A stretch of 20,241 nucleotides of DNA from a virus (IMGVR_UViG_2802429219_000017:1-20241), one strand, 5' to 3'; counted from the first letter of the stretch, positions 1 to 8,500 are shown. Made by a program: numbers and translations. The notes: a model not told the origin generated them from the sequence alone.

Positions 1-342
1 ATGATGAAAAAAAGTATTCTGGCGTTTCTGTTACTCACCAGTTCGGCAGCGGCGTTGGCGGCTCCGCAGGTGATTACCGTCAGCCGTTTTGAAATGGGTA
101 AAGACAAATGGGCGTTTAATCGCGAAGAGGTGATGCTGACCTGTCGTCCGGGCAATGCTTTGTATGTCATTAACCCAAGTACCCTGGTACAGTATCCTTT
201 AAACGATATCGCACAAAAGGAAGTAGCCAGCGGGAAGACTAAAGCCCAGCCCATTTCGGTGATCCAGATTGATGATCCCAATAAACCAGGTGAAAAAGTG
301 AGTCTGGCACCGTTTATTGAAAGAGCTGAGAGACTCTGTTAA
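1..342 (+). CDS. yebY: Host periplasmic DUF2511-type protein (YebY-like), 113 aa with N-terminal signal peptide
   Basis: Complete ORF starting at window position 1 ([23 protein letters not shown]...). Signal-peptide-like N-terminus. Matches my memory of E. coli YebY; the adjacent SdsR/RyeA locus fits the known yebY neighbourhood. Identity is recalled, not searched. Confidence 0.7.
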   Translation: MMKKSILAFLLLTSSAAALAAPQVITVSRFEMGKDKWAFNREEVMLTCRPGNALYVINPSTLVQYPLNDIAQKEVASGKTKAQPISVIQIDDPNKPGEKVSLAPFIERAERLC

Positions 343-371
343 TTATCTATAGTAATTTTTTGATTTTAAAT

Positions 372-412
372 AAAAAACCGCCCGGGTGCTTTCACCAGAA
401 CGGGCGGTTTTT
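372..412. terminator. Bidirectional rho-independent terminator (A-run, CCGCCCG...CGGGCGG stem, T-run)
   Basis: Stem 378-384 pairs with 401-407, with an inner GGTG/CACC extension; A-run 372-377 and T-run 408-412, so it can terminate yebY on + and a minus-strand RNA (RyeA) on -. Confidence 0.7.
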
Positions 413-500
413 AACATTTTAGAGGATGATAAACGCGCTTTTTTTCTGACCACTTTACGCGCGGACTGGAAAACCTGGCGTCGTCATCTATTCTTAAAAG

Positions 501-603
501 GCAAGGCAACTAAGCCTGCATTAATGCCAACTTTTAGCGCACGGCTCTCTCCCAAGAGCCATTTCCCTGGACCGAATACAGGAATCGTATTCGGTCTCTT
601 TTT
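501..603 (+). ncRNA. sdsR: SdsR (RyeB) sigma-S-dependent small RNA
   Basis: Sequence GCAAGGCAACTAAGCCTGCATTAATGCC... ending in hairpin ACCGAATAC/GTATTCGGT (571-595) plus CTCTTTTT matches my memory of SdsR. A sigma-S-like -10 CTATTCT lies at 488-494, 7 nt upstream. Length ~103 nt fits. Confidence 0.6.
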
Positions 604-734
604 AATTGTATTTAAAATCAATTAGTTGCAAGCGCCTCCCCGAAATTCCCCGAAATTTACTCGAATTTCTGTATTCCGGTCTTTTTTGGTTATATCACAA
701 CCAATATACATTTAACAATCCATTTACGTAAAAA

Positions 735-1811
735 TCAGAGCAGTAAGTACGTTTTTTCTCTCTCATCAAGATACATTTTTGTTGTCTTCTCCGATGTGTG
801 GCCAAGTAGACGCTGAGCAAATTCTTCTCCACATGTTTCTTTGTATAATCGTCCAGCCAGGCTTCTGATCTCGTGAAAAGTTGGTGGGTTTTCACTGAAC
901 TGGATACCTGTTAATTTTCTGGCTGCAACAAATTTTTTTGTCAGGCCGTCCGGGTGAATGCTTCCGTCAGGGCTGTTTTTTCTAATCCCGGCACTGATTA
1001 GAAAATCTCCCCGGCTTACCAGGCGGCACCGTTCAACTACTGTACCAAGACGTAGACCAGCGACAGGAAGGCTGAGTGACAGGGGGATAGCAATCATCAT
1101 TCCTGTCTTAATTTGCCTGATGTGGAGACGATCATCATAAATATCACTGAACCGCATATTCGTTATGTCTTCGCGACGTTGTCCTGTTACAAGGGCTAAG
1201 TCCATAGCTAATGGGAACCATGTCGGAAGTTGATCTGCTGCCTCCCTGATGCAGTTGTATGTCTTTAGTTTCAGCCGTTCTCTTGTAACTACTATTTTCG
1301 GTGCTCTTGTTGGCGTTACTGGATTTTGAGATATACGCCCTTCAACAATGGCTTCGCGGAACATATCAGATAACACAGAACGCATTGATCCTGCCATCGT
1401 GTTTTTCCCTCCTTCAATCCACAAATCAAGAAACTCGGCAATATGGCGAGTGGTTATTTCTGTCAGTAAAATCCCTCCTAATTTTTCTTTTATTGTTTCC
1501 AGTTGATTTCCCCGAATTTTATAAGTATTTCTGGACACTTTTCTCCTTATAAGAATCGTTTTGTAACGTTCAATCCAGTCTGCCATAGTAAATGAGTCGA
1601 ACCCTTTAAGTTTTTCAATTAAGGCAGCAGGAGAGTAGTTTTTGTATATATAATGATTTGCTTCAATTGCCTGCGCGATTGCATCTCTTCTTGAAATTTT
1701 ACCTAGTGTAAATTCTTCTTTCGTCAGAGGGTTGCGCCAGTAATATGCTTTGTCCCTCCTTCGATATGTTAAGTTCCTAGGCAAATTGGGATCGTATTTT
1801 TTCCGCTGCAT
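735..1811 (-). CDS. int: Phage tyrosine integrase, lambda Int family (358 aa)
   Basis: Translation aligns by eye with lambda Int along its length (N-terminal arm-binding region NLPRNLTYRRR, C-terminal ...PTFHEIRSLAGRLY...LLGH... catalytic region). Confidence 0.9.
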   Translation of the reverse strand: MQRKKYDPNLPRNLTYRRRDKAYYWRNPLTKEEFTLGKISRRDAIAQAIEANHYIYKNYSPAALIEKLKGFDSFTMADWIERYKTILIRRKVSRNTYKIRGNQLETIKEKLGGILLTEITTRHIAEFLDLWIEGGKNTMAGSMRSVLSDMFREAIVEGRISQNPVTPTRAPKIVVTRERLKLKTYNCIREAADQLPTWFPLAMDLALVTGQRREDITNMRFSDIYDDRLHIRQIKTGMMIAIPLSLSLPVAGLRLGTVVERCRLVSRGDFLISAGIRKNSPDGSIHPDGLTKKFVAARKLTGIQFSENPPTFHEIRSLAGRLYKETCGEEFAQRLLGHTSEKTTKMYLDEREKTYLLL

Positions 1812-2058
1812 GTTTTAACTTCTCCAGTAACGGACTGTCTCTCCCTTGTCGCCCATTAGGCTGATGGTGTGTTATATCGGTATCAACCTTATTTGGGTTG
1901 ATATAGAAAGCCTCCGGAACCACCCTGTAACTCCTCCCGTGTAGTTCAGGTGCAGGATAAATGTTTCCATTCCTTGCCCATCGTCTCAGCGTTGATATTG
2001 ATGGTGGGTTATCCGGATATCTGAGTTTTCCCCACGTTTTGAGTGTCACAAGATTCAT
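1777..2058 (-). CDS. xis: Excisionase (Xis-like), overlapping the int start
   Basis: Small basic ORF immediately upstream of and overlapping int. SD AAGAGGT favours the second ATG (MNLVTLKTWGKL...) at 2058; the first ATG is at 2064. Confidence 0.65.
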   Translation of the reverse strand: MNLVTLKTWGKLRYPDNPPSISTLRRWARNGNIYPAPELHGRSYRVVPEAFYINPNKVDTDITHHQPNGRQGRDSPLLEKLKHAAEKIRSQFA

Positions 2059-2164
2059 TGCCATACCTCTTACGATATGACCGCCAGTAAATATACAGAA
2101 TACTGGCGGACGTGATTGATTTTTAATAATCAGCTATGAAGTTATAATTTGGATATAATGCAAC

Positions 2165-2353
2165 TCACGAGGGCAGAAGTTTCTCGCAATTAAAATTTAT
2201 CAGCTTTACTTTCTGCTCTCTGGAAACGCCTGCTTCTTTTTTTCCCGAGAGCATTTTTTCGCATTCCGATTTGGTTAACTTTGTTTTTGAGTACCTTGTC
2301 CAGTTAGTAGGAGTGCCACCTTCCTTTTCAATAGTGGCGGTAACTTTATACAT
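2165..2353 (-). CDS. ydaC: YdaC-like small protein (Rac prophage family)
   Basis: MYKVTATIEKEGGTPTNWTRYSKTKLTKSECEKMLSGKK... resembles Rac YdaC. GGAGG lies 5 nt before the ATG at 2353; upstream in-frame starts at 2365 and 2425 are possible. Confidence 0.6.
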   Translation of the reverse strand: MYKVTATIEKEGGTPTNWTRYSKTKLTKSECEKMLSGKKEAGVSREQKVKLINFNCEKLLPS

Positions 2354-2540
2354 GAACACCTCCATTATTATTTCCAGTGGTTCGTTTATTCCATCGTTCG
2401 AGTGCTTCTTTTTCACTTCCACCATAGCCGGTTCGGGATTCGCATCCGTTACACTTCGCGCGGTAATATCCTGAAATGGCTTTCACCGTTACTGATGGGC
2501 AACCACAAAAAGGGCATGGTTTGACTTTTTCATACCGCAT
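2346..2540 (-). CDS. ralR: RalR / Lar restriction-alleviation protein, type I toxin (64 aa)
   Basis: MRYEKVKPCPFCGCPSVTVKAISGYYRAKCNGCESRTGYGGSEKEALERWNKRTTGNNNGGVHV is near-identical to my memory of Rac RalR. Purine-rich SD precedes the ATG at 2540; the ORF is open back to 2555. Confidence 0.8.
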   Translation of the reverse strand: MRYEKVKPCPFCGCPSVTVKAISGYYRAKCNGCESRTGYGGSEKEALERWNKRTTGNNNGGVHV

Positions 2541-2603
2541 TGTCTTTTCTCTCATATAATAAAATTTTGTGATGGCGGTGAGGCTACACCGCCAAAGTCA
2601 ATA

Positions 2604-3692
2604 TCAGGAGCCGATATATTCTGGTTTCATATCTGTCAGTGTCGTTTTATACGCCTCATATAATTCACCCAGATGTGGCCGGGCAGCATTCAGCGTATTT
2701 TCCAGAGCAGTAAATTTTTGTTCTGCATCTGGATCACCGGATGAAGGAAGGTCATTTATCATCTTCTCGATACTGGCAATAGCATTGAGACGGTGATGAC
2801 GCCGAACCACTTTTCCTTTAAGCTCGGCAAAGAATTCGCCGATCTGGTTTTTCTGATCCTCTATCTCTTGGCGTAATGCAGTGGTTTCCTCAGTCGTGGC
2901 CGCGCTTTCGACACGCTGCCGGAATTCATCAATCCACGCTTCGTCAATACGCTGTTCGATGGTTTCTGTTCGCTGCTCGCTTACCTCGCTATAATTCTGT
3001 ACCGGCACAGGATTGATGATTTTTTCCTGTGGCTCTTCCAGTTCGTCCGGGGTATACACGCCCAGGATGACGTCAGGACAATAAAGGCGAGCCCAGTATT
3101 TCAACGCCAGATAGGCGAGCTGTTGTTTCGGGTTTGAGGTCCATAAAGGAGAATTACGCGTAATCACGCTGGAAAGAAACACCGGTTCTCCCCAGGTAAT
3201 CTCACTTTCACCGCGAAGAACTGCACCAACTCGAACTGAGAGACCATACTCATCTTCACTGGTCCAACATGGGATCGTTTCTTTTTTCTCATAGATTCCG
3301 CCTCCTTTGGCCGTTTTCTTAACGGTCTCCACTCGGGTGCGAGAGCATTTCTCCCAGTCTCCCTCGTACTTGTAATGGAAGCGGCCTACAATTGCACTTG
3401 AGCTAGAGATCACAGCGTTAACCAGTTGTGCTTCATAACCCAGAACTCCGTTTACCAGGTGTGTTTTCTGAGCCACAGCGTAGGGGTTCATGCCCCATTG
3501 CATGGCTTGCATGATGATTGCCATGCAGTCGGCAGGCTTTCCGCGAAGGTGATCGGGAACTGTGACGGTGGCCTGTGACATCAACCCGGCTACTTCCTGA
3601 AGTTGCGTCAACGCCTGAACGTTAAAAATAGTGTTACTGGCAGAAATGGTATTTGGTGTCTGCTCTGTCGTGATGATATTGGTATTTTGCAT
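2604..3692 (-). CDS. Single-strand annealing recombinase in the RecT position (divergent from K-12 RecT)
   Basis: Sits immediately downstream of recE with overlapping stop/start. GGAGAA SD favours the ATG at 3692 (MQNTNIIT...); the ORF is open to 3707. The RecT-family call rests on position and general resemblance only. Confidence 0.65.
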   Translation of the reverse strand: MQNTNIITTEQTPNTISASNTIFNVQALTQLQEVAGLMSQATVTVPDHLRGKPADCMAIIMQAMQWGMNPYAVAQKTHLVNGVLGYEAQLVNAVISSSSAIVGRFHYKYEGDWEKCSRTRVETVKKTAKGGGIYEKKETIPCWTSEDEYGLSVRVGAVLRGESEITWGEPVFLSSVITRNSPLWTSNPKQQLAYLALKYWARLYCPDVILGVYTPDELEEPQEKIINPVPVQNYSEVSEQRTETIEQRIDEAWIDEFRQRVESAATTEETTALRQEIEDQKNQIGEFFAELKGKVVRRHHRLNAIASIEKMINDLPSSGDPDAEQKFTALENTLNAARPHLGELYEAYKTTLTDMKPEYIGS

Positions 3693-3706
3693 GGTCAGGT
3701 TCTCCA

Positions 3707-6700
3707 TTAAGCCAGATGCAGTGCTTCAAGACGACGAAGATCAAAGTCGTTTAATTCGTCGGTATAACTTTCGGTTATCGGTGCTGGCCAATTGTTTGTC
3801 TCCAGGGCTTCGTTTATCTGGCGTAGCGTCCGGCGATATTCCTGTCGACCAAGTTCCAGGAGTTCCTGCGAGGCTTCCACGACAGCCACCCAGTGATAGC
3901 CAGCATCTTTGTTGACGAAGATCCAGAAAAATTTGTCCAGGTTTGCCACATCGCAATACATTGCGGCGCTGAGGTGATAATCACGCTCAATAATTTCACG
4001 GTGCAGGCGATCTTTAAGTCGTTCCTGCCGCACATAACCGAGGCTGACTGACTTCACGTCAGCGCAAATGCTTTCGTATGGCAGCCGGATTTCGATATCA
4101 GGACGGACCCTGATTTCCAGCCCGGTTTCTTCATCAAACCCGAAATAGCTGATTTCAGATTTGCGATCCGGGTGGTTGAGTAGCCTTGCTGCATCGGTAT
4201 TGTTTTGCAGTGCCGCGTGAATATTTTTTGCCTGTTCATACATATCCGGACTGATAAACGTTTTCCCGGCGTTTTCTTCTTGCTGGCGTTTTTGCCAGTC
4301 CTCCAGTGTCACCAGTTCCGGGCGAATTTTCCGTGCGATTTCGGTTAATTGCTCTTTTGTGCCACTGATGTTGTAAGGCAAAGATTTAGCACGTTCTTTT
4401 TTTGCCAGTTCTGGGTCTACAGTTTCAATTTGATCCAGAAGCTGCTCCCGTGCTCCACTGGTTTTCAACAGAGGAGGGAGGCTTGCGTTGTATTCTTTAA
4501 TACAGGCTTTCATTGCTGATGCTGTATGTTTTTCCCCCTCAGGAATACGCCGAAATTCCACCGGAAGCGAACCGTAAAGGATGCCTGTTTCTTCGGCCCC
4601 AGCACTTACAGACAGTGGCTGTATAAGAGTGCTGTTGTAGCTTTCGATCCACTCTTTCATCTGCTCTGGTGTCATCAGTGCTGGCAGACTGGCATTGTGT
4701 TTTTTAATGATGGCGATCAGTTCGTTAGAAGTAGTAACCACATATTCAGGAACCGGTACCGGAATGGCATATTCATCAGCGAATTTATCCGTTTCCAGAA
4801 CATAGCTGTGAATGATCCGCCCACGCAGCAGTGCATCACTTTCCTCGTTCGGAATAGTTCCGGCAATGTGCCGCCCGTGGTAATACATCAGGCTGATACG
4901 GGCATCCTTCAGCATCGTGCTGCTTATTCCGTTGGCGGAGTGATAAACCTCGTTCGGGAGGTTTTCATAGCGGCCTGGCTCGAAATATGACGGCCACATG
5001 ATTTCAGTTGCTACAGGAGCTGACGCTTCACCAGTTTCATCACTGCAATCACGATGCGGATCGCTGCCAGCATTCTCATTGTGCGGATGTTCAGCGCCTT
5101 CCATTTCCACCGGATCTTTTTCCTTAGCTTCAACCTGATTCTCTTCATCGAATGTTTCCTGGTATGTTGCGTCGCCCATTACCGCACCACAGTCAGGGCA
5201 GTTATCCCCGTCAGTCTGACCGCAGGCGGCGCAGACTTTTTCCGGTTCCTGTTGCGCTTCTGGTTCATTTTGTCGCGCATTTTGGCCGTTTTGTTCCGAT
5301 TTTCGGTCGTTCTGTTCCGTTTTTGGCTGATGCTGGTACACAGAATCGCGGGTCTGGATCCCCTTAACCCATTTCGGATCATTCGGGTCGCTAATCCCTT
5401 CAACAAATTCTCCGCGATAGGCAGCCAGTAATTTGTCTGCATCGACAGGATTTTTGGGCGGAATGTTTTTCCGGGCTTCATGGAGTTCTGCCCGCAGTTC
5501 TTGATATTTCGCATCAACAGAATTTACCTGTGACTGAGCATCCAGCGGCTGCGTGTCCTGATGATGTTCAGTTGCGTCCGGTTCCATTGTTTCAGCCTCT
5601 CCCTGTTCATCTGCCGTTGTTCCAGATGGTTGCGGTTTTTCTTCATCATCCTGTTTTCCTTCTTCTGTTACACGCTGCGGCATCGGGGCAGAGGAACGAC
5701 CGCAGGCAATATCCACGATTTCCGGATCAGGGTTGGCATGATCAGTTTCAGTCAGTACTTTGTTCAGATATTCAGTGACGTGCGCGGGGGTGACCTCGAT
5801 CCCAATTGGTGCTTCTTTCACGGACGCAACCACGATGGCGCGGGAATAATCCAGCCCGCCAGGCATGGTGATGAATTTGTCGCGGAAAACAGAAAAGGGC
5901 GGTTTATTTTCAGCGATAATTTCCTCAATGCGTTTAGCGTGTGCCGGATGAAGGTTATAAATGTCCACGTCCATTGAACGGGCCAGTACGCCAGTGGCTA
6001 CGTCGCGCGCCAGCGACGTCAGATCGTGGACGAAACCTTCGCCGCGATCGGTGAGGTTCCCGCCGCCAGCATTAGCACCGGAAGCCATGCGCGTGATGCG
6101 TGAAACACGATTCCCTTTTCGCCATTCTTTTGTCAGAAGACCGCGATCAATGTGTTCGGTATCCAGCCAGGCTGAAATGAAATTCTTAAATTCATAGGGC
6201 TGATGTTTTTTCGTGATAGAGAAAACCCCCTTAATTGCATCAGTCAGGCGGAGCAGGGCGGCATTATCCAGAGTTGTCGGTTCTGCCATGCCGCGTATGG
6301 CCAACAGCAGATTCTGGACATAGCTGTTTTCCTGATCCATCTCAAGAGCAGTAATGTGTTCGCGTTGTTCTCGGGTGGCATGATGCAGGTATTTCCGATC
6401 CCCGGCCGCATAGGTAAAAATGTGCAGAAGACGCTGTGTGAACCGCAAAGTGGCTACAGAGACTTCGCAATCCTGGCAATCCTCGTGGGCGTCTGCCTGC
6501 GTGTTTTCTTCCTGGCCTCCCGCCAGTTCTTTGGTTTCTTGAGCATTATCCTGGTGGTGAACGTCGTCTGGCGCTGCTCCCGGTTTTAGTTCCCAGGTCA
6601 TGGAGTCTTTGCTGAGTTGATAGCGTTCACTCCAGGTAAAATCGATCTCACCTTCAGGGGGCAGGTCATTAACGACAGGAAAATTCGTGGCAACAGCTTT

Positions 6701-6853
6701 AAAATAGCTGCTCAGTTTTTTACCTGACTTAACGATCAGGTAGTCCAGAGTGGCACAGGTCGATTCAAAATCGTCGCTTGCCCACAGGACGACGTCAGGT
6801 TCACCGGATGATTTTTTCGCTTTCCGTAACAGGAAGAGTGGTTTTGTGCTCAT
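3707..6853 (-). CDS. recE: Exodeoxyribonuclease VIII (RecE-like), 1048 aa, with a divergent C-terminal PD-(D/E)XK nuclease domain
   Basis: N-terminal ~590 aa closely match my memory of Rac RecE, including the CxxC...CPDC zinc motif. The C-terminal region has a RecE/YqaJ-like YH..GIS motif and a PD...(D/E)xK core (RPDIEI...ADVKS) but carries a large insertion with three related repeats. Confidence 0.85.
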   Translation of the reverse strand: MSTKPLFLLRKAKKSSGEPDVVLWASDDFESTCATLDYLIVKSGKKLSSYFKAVATNFPVVNDLPPEGEIDFTWSERYQLSKDSMTWELKPGAAPDDVHHQDNAQETKELAGGQEENTQADAHEDCQDCEVSVATLRFTQRLLHIFTYAAGDRKYLHHATREQREHITALEMDQENSYVQNLLLAIRGMAEPTTLDNAALLRLTDAIKGVFSITKKHQPYEFKNFISAWLDTEHIDRGLLTKEWRKGNRVSRITRMASGANAGGGNLTDRGEGFVHDLTSLARDVATGVLARSMDVDIYNLHPAHAKRIEEIIAENKPPFSVFRDKFITMPGGLDYSRAIVVASVKEAPIGIEVTPAHVTEYLNKVLTETDHANPDPEIVDIACGRSSAPMPQRVTEEGKQDDEEKPQPSGTTADEQGEAETMEPDATEHHQDTQPLDAQSQVNSVDAKYQELRAELHEARKNIPPKNPVDADKLLAAYRGEFVEGISDPNDPKWVKGIQTRDSVYQHQPKTEQNDRKSEQNGQNARQNEPEAQQEPEKVCAACGQTDGDNCPDCGAVMGDATYQETFDEENQVEAKEKDPVEMEGAEHPHNENAGSDPHRDCSDETGEASAPVATEIMWPSYFEPGRYENLPNEVYHSANGISSTMLKDARISLMYYHGRHIAGTIPNEESDALLRGRIIHSYVLETDKFADEYAIPVPVPEYVVTTSNELIAIIKKHNASLPALMTPEQMKEWIESYNSTLIQPLSVSAGAEETGILYGSLPVEFRRIPEGEKHTASAMKACIKEYNASLPPLLKTSGAREQLLDQIETVDPELAKKERAKSLPYNISGTKEQLTEIARKIRPELVTLEDWQKRQQEENAGKTFISPDMYEQAKNIHAALQNNTDAARLLNHPDRKSEISYFGFDEETGLEIRVRPDIEIRLPYESICADVKSVSLGYVRQERLKDRLHREIIERDYHLSAAMYCDVANLDKFFWIFVNKDAGYHWVAVVEASQELLELGRQEYRRTLRQINEALETNNWPAPITESYTDELNDFDLRRLEALHLA

Positions 6854-6923
6854 TGTTTTTTAACCTCAACTCAGATTAAAATTACTGCGAGTGATGAATA
6901 AATGTCCCAGGTTCTTCACTCAG

Positions 6924-6952
6924 GCCTGCACGTTGTGCAGGCTTTCTTTTTT
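6924..6952 (+). terminator. Plus-strand rho-independent terminator between recE and racC, antisense to the leftward operon
   Basis: GCCTGCAC-GTT-GTGCAGGC stem-loop (6924-6942) followed by TTTCTTTTTT (6943-6952). On the minus strand the run is A-rich, so it does not terminate the operon. Confidence 0.5.
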
Positions 6953-7227
6953 CAGATTTCACCTTTTAATTTAATTGCAATCAGAGTTGCCAGAAATCCG
7001 GCTTTTTTTTCTACGGGCAGATTCTTTCCGATGTGAACCAGACTCATTTTTGTGACACCTTCATCAAGTGTTTTTACGTTGCCTGATGGGCCGTCAATAT
7101 CAACCACAGTGAATGGGGTTTCTTTATTTTCTGTTTTAATCACGTAGCCAATACGCTTTCCTTCCAGATTAACCTCGTGAACAATGTCATCGGTAGTTAC
7201 AACAGTGACTTCATAATTGGTAATCAT
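6952..7227 (-). CDS. racC: RacC (91 aa)
   Basis: MITNYEVTVVTTDDIVHEVNLEGKRIGYVIKTENKETPFTVVDIDGPSGNVKTL... is near-identical to my memory of Rac RacC. Confidence 0.85.
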   Translation of the reverse strand: MITNYEVTVVTTDDIVHEVNLEGKRIGYVIKTENKETPFTVVDIDGPSGNVKTLDEGVTKMSLVHIGKNLPVEKKAGFLATLIAIKLKGEI

Positions 7228-7300
7228 TTTTTCTCCTTAATTAAGGTTGAGCGAATCCCTGCCATTGCTGGCATAAATTCAGTTTCGCATAGTCAGTTAA

Positions 7301-7471
7301 TTAAAGTTCGTGTGCCATCTGGTCTTTTTCGGCACATATTTCACTACAATATTTTTTCATTTCCGTCGTTGGGATAACTCCACGCATGAAATGAAGTGGT
7401 TTTGTAATGCTTTTGCTTTTTTCAACTTCTTTATTGCAAAGGTGGTAAGCACATTTTATTTTCTTAGTCAT
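7301..7471 (-). CDS. ydaE: YdaE-like small zinc-binding protein (56 aa)
   Basis: Hand-translated from the minus strand (below the ORF-track size cutoff): [56 protein letters not shown]. Start overlaps the kilR stop (ATGGTGATGA). Cys pairs at both ends. Position matches Rac ydaE. Confidence 0.6.
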   Translation of the reverse strand: MTKKIKCAYHLCNKEVEKSKSITKPLHFMRGVIPTTEMKKYCSEICAEKDQMAHEL

Positions 7472-7692
7472 CACCATGACTCCGCCTTTACAGGTAAACC
7501 ATCACGACCGAGGAAGACTTTAATCATGCAGTCAGTAATGCATGTTTTTGTGGTCAGGTTACGAATATAAAGTTTTCGCTTTTTGATATTGTTTGCCGAG
7601 GCGATATATGTCCGACCTTCATGAAGAACATAATCGCCAGGGGTCACACACTGACGTGGTATTTCATCAGTTCCGAAGTGATGAGCAATCAT
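7471..7692 (-). CDS. kilR: KilR cell-division inhibitor (73 aa)
   Basis: [49 protein letters not shown]... matches my memory of Rac KilR. GGAG SD lies 6 nt before the ATG at 7692. Confidence 0.85.
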   Translation of the reverse strand: MIAHHFGTDEIPRQCVTPGDYVLHEGRTYIASANNIKKRKLYIRNLTTKTCITDCMIKVFLGRDGLPVKAESW

Positions 7693-7858
7693 AATTATCT
7701 CCATTTTTACAAATGAATTTTGTCGATGCGGTGCCTGGTGCCTCCAGGTGACGTTAACCAGTTAACAATTAACGCCGGAGTATTTCACCCATAACTCTTA
7801 CGCTTTTAACTGTTCCGCGTGCGCTGAGCCGCATTCACCGCATCACAAAATTCACTTT

Positions 7859-7916
7859 AAAAAGGACGGACATCAGCCAGCAATGAAACTGATGCCGCCA
7901 AAAGGTAATCAACATG
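7859..7916 (-). ncRNA. Candidate DicF-like sRNA 3' module: minus-strand hairpin plus U-run upstream of kilR
   Basis: Minus strand reads ...UUUUGGCGGCAUCAGUUUCAUUGCUGGCUGAUGUCCGUCCUUUUU: an ~11-bp stem with two bulges followed by U5. It occupies the dicF position (immediately before the division inhibitor, in a dicA/dicC-controlled operon). Resemblance to DicF is from imperfect memory. Confidence 0.35.
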
Positions 7917-8149
7917 GGTTGTTGCAGCGGGGTTGTCACTCAAGCGTATGGTCAACCTGACAACCCGGTGCTCCACAGGGGGAGGGAGAATAGCACCCCT
8001 GCCATACTTACCGCCGCGCCATTTCGCGGATTGCCACAACCGGAAGCGCACGGTCGAAGAAATTTAACGACAAGCCTTCTAAGGGAAAAACATCACCTCC
8101 GTGCGCTTTCGTGTTGTGCGCCTGTCTTTTTTTACCACTTCAGGCTCGG

Positions 8150-8158
8150 TGGTATACT
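8150..8158 (+). promoter_or_regulatory. Extended -10 promoter element (TGgTATACT) for the downstream zinc-ribbon gene
   Basis: TG-n-TATACT at 8150-8158, about 33 nt upstream of the ATG at 8191, preceded by a T-run at 8124-8131. The -35 is weak. Confidence 0.4.
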
Positions 8159-8190
8159 GGAGTTCTCACACAACCAGTAAGGAATTTAGT

Positions 8191-8469
8191 ATGGTAATTA
8201 CTTCACTCTGCCCTGTTTGTTTGGCTACATCTTCTGTGCAGACTTTAGTTGAAGGGCAGCGCGAGTTTTTGAAAATTTATCATTGTCCAAATCATGGTAG
8301 TTTTGCCGTTCTTCCTGACCTTGATGTGAAATTGCAAGCAATGAGGTGTTCATCGGGTTATAAGATTGAACATTCGGAAGAGGCTATCAGGCTCGATGCA
8401 CGCTTACGTGAAAGCATACGCCCAGTAGATGGTCCTCAGTCGAAAATTCCAGTATTCCGCTCTGTCTAG
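8191..8469 (+). CDS. Small zinc-ribbon protein (92 aa), function unknown, in the sieB slot
   Basis: ORF MVITSLCPVCLATSSVQ...HCPNHGSF... with AAGGAA SD 6 nt upstream. CPxC...CPNH motif. Convergent to the leftward operon, the orientation of sieB in Rac. Confidence 0.6.
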   Translation: MVITSLCPVCLATSSVQTLVEGQREFLKIYHCPNHGSFAVLPDLDVKLQAMRCSSGYKIEHSEEAIRLDARLRESIRPVDGPQSKIPVFRSV

Positions 8470-8500
8470 TTTTCCCCTGACTGGCACCTTGTGGTGCCGG

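Larger units (their letters stand above)
372..650 (-). ncRNA. ryeA: RyeA (SraC) antisense sRNA overlapping sdsR; boundaries approximate
   Basis: Established knowledge that RyeA is encoded opposite SdsR and fully overlaps it. The 372-412 hairpin has a U-run on the minus strand, giving a plausible 3' end. The 5' end is not identified in sequence. Confidence 0.35.

Noticed and set aside
386-625. 79-aa plus-strand ORF downstream of yebY
   Set aside because: It spans the SdsR/RyeA sRNA locus and its terminators; composition is not protein-like. I explain it as sRNA sequence.
413-735. Possible tRNA gene as integration target at attL
   Set aside because: No cloverleaf-compatible segment or CCA-adjacent acceptor stem was seen; the junction instead abuts an sRNA locus.
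958-1552. Plus-strand ORFs 958-1140 and 1301-1552
   Set aside because: Lie entirely antisense within the integrase gene; shadow frames.
2271-2796. Plus-strand ORFs 2271-2474 and 2569-2796
   Set aside because: Antisense to ralR/ydaC and the recT-like gene; low-complexity translations.
3631-6589. Multiple ORFs on both strands inside recE (for example 4526-4990, 5054-5431, 5179-5517, 5561-5977, 6203-6589)
   Set aside because: All nested within the long, well-supported recE frame; Arg/Leu-rich shadow-frame composition.
7177-7570. Plus-strand ORFs 7177-7377 and 7310-7570
   Set aside because: Antisense to racC, ydaE and kilR, whose translations match known Rac proteins.
7857-8180. ORFs 7857-8051 (minus) and 7914-8180 (plus)
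   Set aside because: Implausible composition (Cys/Gly/Arg runs) and no SD; the region is better explained as structured RNA. A small real ORF cannot be fully excluded.
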